This document shows, one piece after another, positions 51,836 to 61,843 of a DNA stretch of 64,000 nucleotides. Position numbers and translations under genes: made by a program. The stretch is from an uncultured Pseudomonadota bacterium (GTDB lineage: Bacteria; UBA10199; JADFYH01), in contig CAYLKF010000001.1 of assembly GCA_964384365.1 (NCBI GenBank), forward strand, positions 124,163-188,162, read 5' to 3'. The notes beneath the pieces were generated by a model, which was not told the DNA's origin, searched no databases, and was given only the letters and a program-made list of their open reading frames with translations. The first letter of the stretch is position 1. Each line of letters begins with the position of its first letter.

Positions 51836-51846
51836 ATAAAAAGAAT

Positions 51847-52443
51847 TTAATTTTTAATTTTTGAGAAGAACTGAAAAAAATAATTCACACCGGAGCCCCA
51901 GCTCACCACTAAGGCCATGATTATGACCACCCAGCCGATTGGGCGTGTGGAGGCTCCAATAAAGACTGGCGGAAGCAAAAAGCAAGTAAGTGCAACATTG
52001 AGCAAGGCCGTTTTCTTTTTTCCCCAAATATCGGCGGGGAGTATCACTCCTTCTCCGGCTGCAATCCCCCGAAGTGCAGTTACACTAAATTCTCGGGCCA
52101 AAAATAAAATGACAATCCAGGCAGGAAGCTCATGCAAGGGAATCAACATAATCATTACGGCCATGTGCAAAAGTTTATCGGCGATCGGATCTAAAAATTT
52201 TCCAAATACCCCGCTAGAGAGCCCCATTTTTCGCGCGGCATAGCCATCGAATAAATCAGAAATTCCTGCCAAAACAAAAAAGAAGGCGGCAAAATACCCA
52301 AGGGCAACACTGAATTCTCCCGAGCCTAAAGGCCCTTGAAAGGCCATTAAGAGCACGATCACGGGAATAAAGATCACGCGCGCAAAACTGATGTAATTGG
52401 GCACATTTAAATAGACGTTTCTCTTTGGGAGGGGAAATTTCAT
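51847..52443 (-). CDS. pgsA: CDP-alcohol phosphatidyltransferase (PgsA-like)
   Basis: D(x)2DG(x)2AR...G(x)3D(x)3D motif (DLFDGYAARK...GKFLDPIADK). Confidence 0.8.
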   Translation of the reverse strand: MKFPLPKRNVYLNVPNYISFARVIFIPVIVLLMAFQGPLGSGEFSVALGYFAAFFFVLAGISDLFDGYAARKMGLSSGVFGKFLDPIADKLLHMAVMIMLIPLHELPAWIVILFLAREFSVTALRGIAAGEGVILPADIWGKKKTALLNVALTCFLLPPVFIGASTRPIGWVVIIMALVVSWGSGVNYFFQFFSKIKN

Positions 52444-52566
52444 GATACTTAATCCTAGAAAGAGTCTAAGGAAAAGTCGAGAATTTACTTAAGATTGGTA
52501 ATGAACAGCCTCAAAATTCTTTAAAAAAGTTGCTTCTTTTCAAAGTCCCTGGCTAAAACCCTTTTT

Positions 52567-54204
52567 ATGGACATTCAAACTGATTTTCTCGTCTTGGGCA
52601 GTGGTATTGCCGGCCTCACCTACGCGCTGGAAGTGGCTGATACAGGTTCCGTCACTTTGGTCACTAAAAAAGAATGCGCAGAATCAAATACAAACTATGC
52701 CCAAGGCGGCATTGCGAGCGTTTGGAATACTTCAGAAGATAGCTTTGGCGCCCATATTCAAGATACTCTCACCGCAGGCGCTGGCCTTTGTCATGAAGAT
52801 ATTGTGAAGATCGTGGTCGAAGAAGGCCCTGCCCGAGTGCGGAGGCTCATTGAACTTGGGGTGAATTTCTCAAAGCAAGAGAAGCCTGCCCTGAGCAATC
52901 CTGAGCGAGCGAAGCGAGTGGAAGGAGAGTCGAAGGGGGGGTACGACCTCGGCCAAGAGGGGGGCCACTCGGCCCGGCGTGTTTTACACTCGGGAGACAT
53001 CACCGGCCGCGAAATCGAAAGAGCATTGCTCGAAAAAATTAAACAACACCCCAACATTCAAATTCTCGAACACCACATCGTGGTTGATTTGATCAACACC
53101 CAAAAATTGGGTTTTTCTCCCAATCAAATCTTGGGAGCCTATGTTCTAAACCGTCTGAGTGGAGAAGTGAAAACGATCCGTTGTAAAATTTGTGCGCTCG
53201 CTACCGGCGGAGCAGGAAAAGTGTATCTTTATACCAGTAATCCCGATATCGCCACCGGCGATGGAATTGCCATGGCTTGGCGGGCTGGCGCATCGGTTGC
53301 TAATCTTGAATTTGTTCAATTTCATCCGACTTGTTTATTTCATCCGCAAGCGAAATCTTTTCTGATCTCCGAGGCCCTCCGTGGTGAAGGCGCCAAACTG
53401 AAACTTCAAAGTGGTGAAGAGTTTATGCACCGTTATCATCCCAAAAAAGAACTCGCACCGCGCGATATTGTGGCCCGTGCGATTGATGCCGAACTCAAAA
53501 GTCGGGGCGATGAATTTGTTTGCTTAGACATCAGCCACAAACCTGCTGATTTTATTTTGAAACGTTTCCCGAATATTTATGAGCGATGCCTTCAATACGG
53601 GTTTGATATTACTCAAAAACCCATTCCGGTGGTGCCTGCAGCGCATTATTTTTGTGGCGGGGTTTGCACCAATGAACAGGGGCAAACTGCCATCGATAAT
53701 CTCTATGCCTGCGGAGAAGTTGCTTTTACCGGTTTACACGGCGCCAATCGATTAGCCTCCAACTCACTTTTAGAGGCGGTAGTTTTTGCAAAAAGGGCTG
53801 CTGAAGATTCTAAGAAAAAAATTCAAAACATCTCCTCTTCTTCTTTCACAATACCGGCATGGAACCCTGGGAACGCAACCGATTCCGATGAACAGGTTGT
53901 GATTACTCAAAACTGGGATGAAATCCGGCGCACGATGTGGAATTATGTGGGGATTGTTCGCACCACAAAACGTTTAGAACGCGCGCAAAAGCGTATTCAG
54001 TTTTTGCAAGATGAAATCCGAGATTATTATTGGAATTTTAAGGTAACCGCCGATTTGGTAGAACTTCGAAACTTAGCGCTGGTTGCAGAACTCGTTATCC
54101 GCTGCGCCCTTCAACGTCGCGAGAGCCGCGGTCTTCATTACACCCTCGATTATCCAAATCTTGAAAAAGAAATTCACGACACAGTGCTTCATGCCTCACG
54201 CTAA
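52567..54204 (+). CDS. nadB: L-aspartate oxidase
   Basis: FAD-binding [22 protein letters not shown] and RxxEARG ([10 protein letters not shown]) motifs. Confidence 0.9.
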   Translation: MDIQTDFLVLGSGIAGLTYALEVADTGSVTLVTKKECAESNTNYAQGGIASVWNTSEDSFGAHIQDTLTAGAGLCHEDIVKIVVEEGPARVRRLIELGVNFSKQEKPALSNPERAKRVEGESKGGYDLGQEGGHSARRVLHSGDITGREIERALLEKIKQHPNIQILEHHIVVDLINTQKLGFSPNQILGAYVLNRLSGEVKTIRCKICALATGGAGKVYLYTSNPDIATGDGIAMAWRAGASVANLEFVQFHPTCLFHPQAKSFLISEALRGEGAKLKLQSGEEFMHRYHPKKELAPRDIVARAIDAELKSRGDEFVCLDISHKPADFILKRFPNIYERCLQYGFDITQKPIPVVPAAHYFCGGVCTNEQGQTAIDNLYACGEVAFTGLHGANRLASNSLLEAVVFAKRAAEDSKKKIQNISSSSFTIPAWNPGNATDSDEQVVITQNWDEIRRTMWNYVGIVRTTKRLERAQKRIQFLQDEIRDYYWNFKVTADLVELRNLALVAELVIRCALQRRESRGLHYTLDYPNLEKEIHDTVLHASR

Positions 54205-54753
54205 AAGTTCTGTTTTCGTGAACAACGAAAGAAAAGAATAACCCATTGATCGAATTTTATCTGCCCCACCGTCTTCACGATCCACAATCGAAGCAATCAA
54301 ACTCACGCTATATCCCGCTTTCTCCACCTTTTCAGCCGCCAGGAGAATGGAGCCGCCACTGGTTACCACATCTTCAACCAACGCAACCTGCATTCCAGGC
54401 TTTAGATTCTTAATTCCTTCGATCCAAGCACCGGTGCCATGCGACTTTGGATTTTTTCTTACAATAAAAGCAGGAATTGGAAACCCGCGCTGAGCACTCA
54501 CAAGACTAATTGCCGTTACGATCGGATCGGCACCTAACGTAGGCCCACCCACCGCCTGAATTCTTTTTCCCGAAGAACACAAGAGTTGAAACATCAGCTC
54601 TCCGACGAGTTTTGCCCCTTCGGGGTGAAGCGTGGTTTGCTTTCCATCGAAATAAAAATCTGATTTTTTCCCCGAGGCTAAAGTGATGTCTCTTTTTTCA
54701 TAAGAGAGTTGCAGAAGAAGATTTTTTAAATTCTGTTTTGAAATAGGAATCAT
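54196..54753 (-). CDS. pyrE: Orotate phosphoribosyltransferase
   Basis: PRPP-binding loop ([13 protein letters not shown]). 185 aa. Its 3' end overlaps the nadB 3' end by 9 nt. Confidence 0.85.
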   Translation of the reverse strand: MIPISKQNLKNLLLQLSYEKRDITLASGKKSDFYFDGKQTTLHPEGAKLVGELMFQLLCSSGKRIQAVGGPTLGADPIVTAISLVSAQRGFPIPAFIVRKNPKSHGTGAWIEGIKNLKPGMQVALVEDVVTSGGSILLAAEKVEKAGYSVSLIASIVDREDGGADKIRSMGYSFLSLFTKTELLA

Positions 54754-54767
54754 AAAATTTACAAAAT

Positions 54768-55616
54768 TTAGTTACTCACTACCTTCCACGTGGCATCAGG
54801 GTTATAAGATTTGATTTGCGAAACAATGAGAGAGGTATCTTGCCCCAGATTTTTTTGCAAGACCTGGCCTTCTTGATCAACCAAAAAAGTCATCACACCC
54901 GAATCATTCCATTTTGCGGGGTAAGCAATCAAGGCAAACCCTTTTTTGGCCTTTAAGATATGATAGTAATAACCATGATAAAGCACTGTGGTGGGATCTT
55001 CTTGGGAGGCTTTGTAACCCTCTGCCTTGGCCTGCAAAACGCGGGGGCCAATCGGGCTTGAATCTTGAGGATTGTCTGAAACCCAATACAAACCATTTTT
55101 CTTACCCGGATCACTTAAAAATTGTTTTGCATAGGCACCCGAATTTTTCTGAGCATATTCTTTTTGCGCCCGCACATAATCGCGCGCACTCGCAATGGCA
55201 TCCAACTCGTTGGCACCCACTCGCCGATTTAAAATTTCTTCTCGCCCAACCTTAATATCAAAACTCCATCGCTTCTCTTTTTTCACCAACGGAATTGGAA
55301 ACGACCACGAATCATTTCCTACATATAAAATTTGGTGGGTAGCATCGGCAGCAACCCATTTCTTTTTCTCAGAAAGCCGCTTTAAAAACCTTTCTTTGGC
55401 TTGTTGATCTTGAATTTTATCTCCTGAATTCCACAAATCTGAATTTTCAGCTCCAAAAAGAGCCGAAAGAGAAGCCGAAACATCGGCACTGGTCAGCGCT
55501 GATTTCAAAGCCTGAAGGGCTTGAGCAGGGCTTGAAAAGTTTTGCTCGGCCCAGACGGGCATGGAAATAATTAAACAGAAAACCAAGATTAACTTTTTAA
55601 AAATTTTGCCGACCAT
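54768..55616 (-). CDS. DUF2950-family secreted protein
   Basis: Signal peptide, then the HGYYYHIL...GGFALIAYPAKWNDSGVMTF pattern characteristic of DUF2950. Confidence 0.6.
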   Translation of the reverse strand: MVGKIFKKLILVFCLIISMPVWAEQNFSSPAQALQALKSALTSADVSASLSALFGAENSDLWNSGDKIQDQQAKERFLKRLSEKKKWVAADATHQILYVGNDSWSFPIPLVKKEKRWSFDIKVGREEILNRRVGANELDAIASARDYVRAQKEYAQKNSGAYAKQFLSDPGKKNGLYWVSDNPQDSSPIGPRVLQAKAEGYKASQEDPTTVLYHGYYYHILKAKKGFALIAYPAKWNDSGVMTFLVDQEGQVLQKNLGQDTSLIVSQIKSYNPDATWKVVSN

Positions 55617-55776
55617 ATTATCTCCTTCACTTTTCAAACGAGGCTTTTAGATTTCTGAAGCGAACACAAACAAGCCGAACATCAATAAGTAAACTCTTCC
55701 GGCCTTTCAATAATAGCTACCAAACATTTTCCTTACGGCGGATTTTGTGGGCGCTGAAGAAATACTAAAAGCCTTG

Positions 55777-56904
55777 TTATCTTCTCCCCCCACCATGAAA
55801 CCCTCCGAAACCTCCGCCGCCAAACCCTCCACGCCCTCCTCCTCCAAAACCACCAAAACCACCCCCTCCACGGCTATCGAACCCCCGCATACTATCTCTC
55901 ATTCCATCATCGCCGCCTCTGGCATCGAAGGCCGAGCGATCCCCACCAAAATTGGAACGATCTCCCCCACCTCGCAGATCATTCCCCCCATCTCCACGAT
56001 CTATCCCCTGATTTTTTTGATTTAAATTTTTCATCTGATTTTCAAAATTATTCAGATTGGCTTTTTGTGCGTCAGCAGCACTTCCTTTTGAAAAAGCAGA
56101 ATCTGCTTTAGACGAAGCCCCTAAAGAATCTCGCGATGTATCATGACTCCAGGCATTATCGGGGTGATTATTCTTCCAATTATTCGCATCATTTTTGGCA
56201 TCTTGAGTCGCATTCGGATGATTATTTTCCCAGTTCTTCACATTATTCGCATTCCAATTATTCCAATTATAATTATTTACGACCACGCCACCGTACCCAC
56301 CCCAGCCCCAAGCGAATCCCATCGTCATCCAAGCGCCCATCGCAAAACCAAGCCCATAAGTGACTGCAGGTGCAGGAGCAGTATAGATTACGGTTGGATC
56401 ATAAGTTGGCACATAAATCACTTGAGGATTGGTCGAGGTAATTTGAATGGCAGAATCGCTTTGGGTCACCGTTTGTTGGGCGTTTGAATTAAGATTGCCT
56501 TGTTTTTTAGCCTGCTGACGCAAGGTTTGAACCGCTTGCAAAACATCGCCCTGTTGATTCATCACGGCTTGCCCGAGTTGTTGAGTCCAATCGAGTTTAT
56601 CGTTCATCATTTTCAAGACAGAAGGATAATGCGCAACCGCTTTCACGCTGGGATCCCAACTCTGAGAATCAATCTTCGAAATATCTTTATCTTTTTTCAC
56701 CACGCGCGCAGCCTGCACAATCTCTAAAGGATAAGTCGAAGCCGGAAGAATCTGAGCCAGCAAAGGATCGGGGTAAAGCGCAATCGGCGCAACGAGCTTT
56801 TGAAGTTGACTGGAAGAAAGTTTAGAGTTGGAGCTTGAATTTTGAGCGAAACCGGGAGGTATGAGTAGTAAAGAGATGAGTAAAAACGTGAGTTTCTTGA
56901 GCAT
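55777..56904 (-). CDS. DUF3300-family secreted protein with a Gly-rich C-terminus
   Basis: LVAPIALYPDPLLAQILPASTYPLEIV is the conserved DUF3300 N-terminal motif. It ends in GGFGGFGGGGRGG repeats. Confidence 0.6.
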   Translation of the reverse strand: MLKKLTFLLISLLLIPPGFAQNSSSNSKLSSSQLQKLVAPIALYPDPLLAQILPASTYPLEIVQAARVVKKDKDISKIDSQSWDPSVKAVAHYPSVLKMMNDKLDWTQQLGQAVMNQQGDVLQAVQTLRQQAKKQGNLNSNAQQTVTQSDSAIQITSTNPQVIYVPTYDPTVIYTAPAPAVTYGLGFAMGAWMTMGFAWGWGGYGGVVVNNYNWNNWNANNVKNWENNHPNATQDAKNDANNWKNNHPDNAWSHDTSRDSLGASSKADSAFSKGSAADAQKANLNNFENQMKNLNQKNQGIDRGDGGNDLRGGGDRSNFGGDRSAFDARGGDDGMRDSMRGFDSRGGGGFGGFGGGGRGGFGGGGFGGFHGGGRR

Positions 56905-56957
56905 GACCCCTCCCTAAAATTAAGATTAAGGGACATTATGCCCACTTTTAAAAAGAA

Positions 56958-57773
56958 CTACAAGGTTTTCGATTCGTCTTTCTTAACCCAACCTCGCCTT
57001 CCATCCGAAAGCACGATCTTCACATAATCTCCCTGAGATTCCTCTAAGGTAAAAAGACTTCCTTCATGAAGCTCAAAGAGTTTAATCGATTGATCGGTGG
57101 GTTCCGAAAAAACAGAAGCCGTTGAAACAATCACCACAGCCGTTTTTTGGAAATATTGGGTATAAACTTGAATGAGGGCAGTAGGAAAGAAAACAAGATT
57201 GATTCCAAACAAAAGAACAAGAGCCAAATTCACCACGAATTTTTTCTTGAATAAGCGGAAAATTAAAAGTCCAAAAAAGAGGGTATAAAAGAAAAGCGAA
57301 ACAATCAAAAGCTCTGAGAGCGTGAGAAGATCTACCCAGAAAAAAAGCGTATGATAAATTTTAGAAGAGAGAGGGTGAATTTCTTGATCGGCCCTTTTAC
57401 TTTTTACATAACGACTATTCGCTAACAAATCGCGATCTCTCGGATTCAGCTTCAAAGCCTTTTGGTAATAATAAACTGCCATTCCGACTTGGCCCATCCG
57501 GTAATACGTATTTCCCAAATTATAATAGAGATCGGCCGAAGGCTGTGTTTCAAGCTCCGAATAGAGTTGGATCGCCTTCGGAAAATCCTGGTTATAATAA
57601 GCCTGCGAAGCTTCTTTCATCAGCTCTTCCGAGCTTGCCGCAAAACTCACCATCGAATAGGAGAGCAAGAAAATCACCGCTATTATTTTAAGAAAAATAG
57701 TAACTGGTCTGCGAGTTCTGAAAGGAGCGAAAAGTATGGAAGAATTCTCAGACCCGTTATGAAAATTTTTCAT
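56958..57773 (-). CDS. BatE/BatC-like TPR–TM–SH3 protein
   Basis: TPR repeats (YYNLGNTYYRMGQ...YYQKALKLNP), a TM helix and a C-terminal SH3b-like segment. Confidence 0.55.
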   Translation of the reverse strand: MKNFHNGSENSSILFAPFRTRRPVTIFLKIIAVIFLLSYSMVSFAASSEELMKEASQAYYNQDFPKAIQLYSELETQPSADLYYNLGNTYYRMGQVGMAVYYYQKALKLNPRDRDLLANSRYVKSKRADQEIHPLSSKIYHTLFFWVDLLTLSELLIVSLFFYTLFFGLLIFRLFKKKFVVNLALVLLFGINLVFFPTALIQVYTQYFQKTAVVIVSTASVFSEPTDQSIKLFELHEGSLFTLEESQGDYVKIVLSDGRRGWVKKDESKTL

Positions 57774-59594
57774 CTAAAATTCCTTTTCCAAGGATTTTAA
57801 AAGATTCACTGCCTTCTTACGCGCCTCATTTTGCCAACCTTGCTCGGAGGGAGCTTGCCCATAAATCCAAACATCTAAATTCTGCAAAAACTCCACAAAC
57901 TCTTTAGTCACCGGAGTTTGTTTTTGATTTTCTTTGAAAGTTTTTTCAATTTCACGGGGTGTTAAAGCCGTGCCCACGACCCCCCACTTGCTTCCTAAAT
58001 ATTCTTTGAGGAAATAACTCATCTGCGAGGCAAAGTTTTGAGGATTAGAATCGGAGAGTTGTTTTAAATTTTGGACCGCCACCCCAAGAGCCCTTCGGTT
58101 TCGAAGCTGATCTTGATTTTGCTCTACCCACTCTTGCCGCCGCCGCACCAGCCACACCCCTAAATAAAGCAGAGGTGGAAAAACAAAGAGAATTAAAATC
58201 CAGGGTGAAAAACCAGAACGCGCAGAACCCAGAATAAACTCGGGGTGAATGCTTGCGATATCTTCTCCCAAAGAATTGACTGGGGCATTTTGCGGGGTAC
58301 CCGCCTGAATTTTATTTAGCTTTTCTGAATTAGTACCCGGAACCACGCTAATTTCATAACCAGGGCTCGTTAACTGCGCATAACTTTGTTTTTTCGGATC
58401 AAAATAAGAAAGCGTTGCTGAAGGAATTTGATATTTTCCAGGGGCCTCGGGAACAATGGCCCACTTAAAACTTTTACTCCCAAATACACCATTTGGACTC
58501 TTCTTCAGATCTACCGAAGGCTTATCTTCGTAAATTTTAAGATTAGGAATTTGTAGATTCAGCGGGAAAACTGCATCTTTAAAATTGCCAGAACCCACCA
58601 CATTAAACGTTAAGGTGGCCGAATCGCCAACGGTCAGTTGAGCAGAGCTTAGATTGGCTTCTAAATCAAACTGCCCCACCAAACCTTTAAAATCAGCTGG
58701 AGCATTCTCGGGTAGTTCTTTGACTTCCACTTGAAGCGGAGAAGTTTTGAAAACACGCGGACGAAAATCGCCGCCCCGAAACGTAAAGAAGGGGTCGCTA
58801 AATCCCGGAATTTGAGTGGGTTCCTCCACTTGAGCCTGAACCGTGCTCTGCCCAATATTTAAAGTGCCGGCACGCAGTGGAAAAAGGGCCACACGATGCT
58901 CACTCACCACATAACGTTTTCCATCTAATTCTTTGTAATATTTGTTTTCTTTTTGAACTTCTTCACTCAAGAAATCATGAAAATCGGGCAAATCGAGCTT
59001 GGCATCTCCCATATTTCGACTGGTGTAGAGCCGAAAAATATAAATGGTTTGCTCTCCTTTATAAGGAGAGGGGTTACTCAGTTCTGCGGTAATGAAAACA
59101 TCTTTATATTGACCCGAAGGGCTCGGATTGGCGCCGCCATTTGAAGCGGGTGGATTCCAACCCGGTGTTGAAGGTGGGGCAGAAGGAGCATTTCCTTCAC
59201 TATTCACCACTTTCACTTGGATGGGGCCGGCCTTATACTCTACCCCCTCAATAAAAACCGAGATCGGACCAATTTGAAAATCACCAGGCTGCTTGGGGCC
59301 TAAAACATAAACAAATTCTTTCGACGACATCAATCGCCCGTTGATCATCTGCACATTCGAAGAAGAACCGCGCGACAAAACATCAAAATTTCCGCGGTTT
59401 GGAATCTGAGGCTCCGTGAGCAGAGAGGCCCCCTTCACCCGAACCGTCAACACAACTTGATCGTCGAGTGAAACAGTGGGTTTATCCACAAAAGCTTCAA
59501 TGGCTACCCCTTGAGCCCAAAGAGCAGCTGGAGAGAAAAAAAGAAAAAGGAAAATAAAATAAAAAATTTTCTTCATTCTTAGAATAAGTTTCAT
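57774..59594 (-). CDS. batD: BatD-like (oxygen-tolerance) protein
   Basis: About 600 aa with an N-terminal signal peptide and a C-terminal TM. Assigned by position in the Bat operon. Its start is trimmed to exclude the translated repeat element. Confidence 0.6.
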   Translation of the reverse strand: MKLILRMKKIFYFIFLFLFFSPAALWAQGVAIEAFVDKPTVSLDDQVVLTVRVKGASLLTEPQIPNRGNFDVLSRGSSSNVQMINGRLMSSKEFVYVLGPKQPGDFQIGPISVFIEGVEYKAGPIQVKVVNSEGNAPSAPPSTPGWNPPASNGGANPSPSGQYKDVFITAELSNPSPYKGEQTIYIFRLYTSRNMGDAKLDLPDFHDFLSEEVQKENKYYKELDGKRYVVSEHRVALFPLRAGTLNIGQSTVQAQVEEPTQIPGFSDPFFTFRGGDFRPRVFKTSPLQVEVKELPENAPADFKGLVGQFDLEANLSSAQLTVGDSATLTFNVVGSGNFKDAVFPLNLQIPNLKIYEDKPSVDLKKSPNGVFGSKSFKWAIVPEAPGKYQIPSATLSYFDPKKQSYAQLTSPGYEISVVPGTNSEKLNKIQAGTPQNAPVNSLGEDIASIHPEFILGSARSGFSPWILILFVFPPLLYLGVWLVRRRQEWVEQNQDQLRNRRALGVAVQNLKQLSDSNPQNFASQMSYFLKEYLGSKWGVVGTALTPREIEKTFKENQKQTPVTKEFVEFLQNLDVWIYGQAPSEQGWQNEARKKAVNLLKSLEKEF

Positions 59595-59606
59595 TGATAA
59601 TTTTGC

Positions 59607-59682
59607 TGTCATCCCACGACTTGATCGGGGGATCCAGTACAAAGAATATTTAGATTCCCCGGTTAAACCGTGGAATGACATT
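59607..59682. repeat. Double-hairpin REP-like element (copy 2, inverted relative to copy 1 at 5519)
   Basis: Its reverse complement is ATGTCATTCCACGGTTTAACCGGGGAATCTAAATAT...GATCCCCCGATCAAGTCGTGGGATGACAG. This is over 85% identical to 5519–5592. Confidence 0.55.
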
Positions 59683-59694
59683 CATTAAAGTTTT

Positions 59695-61797
59695 TCACCA
59701 ATCTTTCTCCACGCGTTTCGTTTTCCCTAATTTCTGGATCACTTGTCCTTTTAAAATAGTAGACGCATCTTCTTGCACCGAATCTAAGAGAGCCTTCGCT
59801 TCTTCGGGTTTCATGGTTTGGCCAGAATTTCCGGGATTCTGATTTGGGTTTTGGTTTTGGGGCGTTGAAGAATCTTTTCCTTCGAGCTTGCCTTCGGGCT
59901 TTTGAGAATTTTGCTCGTTTTGCTGAGGATTCGCATTCGAAGGATTTTTTTGAGAGTCTTGTTTTTGATCGTCTCCCTGCCCTTGGCTTGAGTTTTGATT
60001 CTGATTTTGGTTTTGATTTTGTTTTTGCTCAGAATCCTGTTTTTGATCTTGGGAGTTCTGCTTATTTTGCGGATCTTGTTGCGAATTGGAATTCTCTTGG
60101 TTTTGATTTTGAGAGTTTTGATTATTTTGCTCCGGATTTTGAGAATCTTTTTGCGAGCTTTCCCCTGAGTTTTGCTGCGAATTTTGAGAATTCTGATTTT
60201 GCTGAGGGTTTTGGTTTTGCTCGCCGGAGGAGGACTGATCACCCGATTGATCAGAGTTTTGATCTCCTGAATTTTGTTTTTTATTCTCACCTTGAGAATT
60301 TTGGGGCGCAGTACTCTGCTGTTTCTTTTTTTCTTCGAGCTTCTTTTTCACAAACTCCAGGTTGAGTTGAGCTTCTTGATCTTTGGAATCTACCTTCAAA
60401 GCTTGCTCGTAAGCCGCAATCGATTTTTCCCACTCCCCTGCTTTATAAAAACTATTTCCTAAATTGTAGAGAGCTCTTTCTTTCAATAAAGGATCTTTCG
60501 ATTGACTTGCTTTTGCATAACTCTCAGCCGCTTTTAAATAATCGCCCCCTTTATAGTAAGAGTTTCCGAGATTATAGGCCGAATTTAAATCTTTTGGATC
60601 ATCTACCAAGCTCTTCGAAAAATAATTTTGAGCCTCGCCATAATTATTTTTTTGGTAAGCCCGCTTGCCTTGGTATTTTTCAAACCAACTCAAAACACCC
60701 GCTTGAGCTGGCCAAGCAAAAAACAAACCATTCAAAATGAATAAAAATAGAATGAAAGATTTTAAAACAGCCGTCGGTTTTCTTGAAAAAAGTCTGCCTT
60801 CTGAATCTCTTTTTCTTTCTCCCACAAAAAATTCCGCCAACAAAAATAAGAGGGCAAAACCGAGAGGCCACTGAAATCGCGTTTCATACACTCTTTTTTT
60901 ACCCGACTTAATTTCACTCCCGGTTAAGGCCCCTTTTAGGCCTTTGGCGTAGAGCTCTGTGAGATCAGCATCGCTTGTAACGGAACGCACATATTCTCCG
61001 CCCGTTGCCAAAGCAAGATTGGCGAGTGCTTTTTCGTTGAGTTTCGAAACCACAACATTGCCTGCTTCATCTCGCTTAAAACCACCTTGCCCTTTGGGAA
61101 GCGGAATTGGAGCACCTTCGGGAGTTCCTACCCCTAAAATATAGAGGGGAATATTTTTCTCTTTCAGTTCTTTCAAAACCGACTGAAGTTCAGGGCCATG
61201 ATCTTCGCCATCGGTGAATAAAAGAATCGCCTTCGAATTTTTAGAATCTTTAAAGCTTTTCAAGGCAATCTGAAGAGCTCCGGTAAAATCGGTACCCTGC
61301 ACCGGAATCAAATCGGTATTTAAACTTTCAAGGAATTGATCAACCGCTTGATAATCTAAGGTGAGCGGACAAAGAAGAATCGCTTTTCCGGCAAAGGCAA
61401 CCAAACCAATTCGATCTCCCTTGGCCATTTGCAACAAATCATAAATCTTGCGCTTCACCCGCTCCAAACGATTGGGTTTAATATCTTCGGCCAACATTGA
61501 ATTGGAAACATCAACCGCGATAATCAAATCGCTTCCTTTGCGGACCACTTCTTCAAAATGATAGCCCCATTTCGGCTCTGCGAGTGCCACCACAAAAAAT
61601 AGAAAAGCCAAAAGCCACAAGGCTTGCCGAACCAAACGTCTCACAAAACTGTAATCCGGAATTAATTTTGATAAAAATTTTTCTTCACAAAATTTTTTGA
61701 GCAAGCGCTTTTGCCGCCAATTACTCCAAATAAAAAAGCCCCCCCAAATAGGCAGCAGTAAGAGCAGCAAAAATAAATAAGAGTTTCCCCAACGCAT
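59695..61797 (-). CDS. batB: BatB-like vWA + TPR protein with a ~200-aa Q/N/S-rich low-complexity tail
   Basis: Two N-terminal TM segments, a vWA MIDAS region (DVSNSM) and TPR repeats. A long (Q/N/S/D)n region follows (…NQNQNQNQNSSQ…). Confidence 0.7.
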   Translation of the reverse strand: MRWGNSYLFLLLLLLPIWGGFFIWSNWRQKRLLKKFCEEKFLSKLIPDYSFVRRLVRQALWLLAFLFFVVALAEPKWGYHFEEVVRKGSDLIIAVDVSNSMLAEDIKPNRLERVKRKIYDLLQMAKGDRIGLVAFAGKAILLCPLTLDYQAVDQFLESLNTDLIPVQGTDFTGALQIALKSFKDSKNSKAILLFTDGEDHGPELQSVLKELKEKNIPLYILGVGTPEGAPIPLPKGQGGFKRDEAGNVVVSKLNEKALANLALATGGEYVRSVTSDADLTELYAKGLKGALTGSEIKSGKKRVYETRFQWPLGFALLFLLAEFFVGERKRDSEGRLFSRKPTAVLKSFILFLFILNGLFFAWPAQAGVLSWFEKYQGKRAYQKNNYGEAQNYFSKSLVDDPKDLNSAYNLGNSYYKGGDYLKAAESYAKASQSKDPLLKERALYNLGNSFYKAGEWEKSIAAYEQALKVDSKDQEAQLNLEFVKKKLEEKKKQQSTAPQNSQGENKKQNSGDQNSDQSGDQSSSGEQNQNPQQNQNSQNSQQNSGESSQKDSQNPEQNNQNSQNQNQENSNSQQDPQNKQNSQDQKQDSEQKQNQNQNQNQNSSQGQGDDQKQDSQKNPSNANPQQNEQNSQKPEGKLEGKDSSTPQNQNPNQNPGNSGQTMKPEEAKALLDSVQEDASTILKGQVIQKLGKTKRVEKDW

Positions 61798-61843
61798 GAG
61801 TAGTTACCGGTTACAAATTACTAGTTGTTAATAAGCCCCTATT

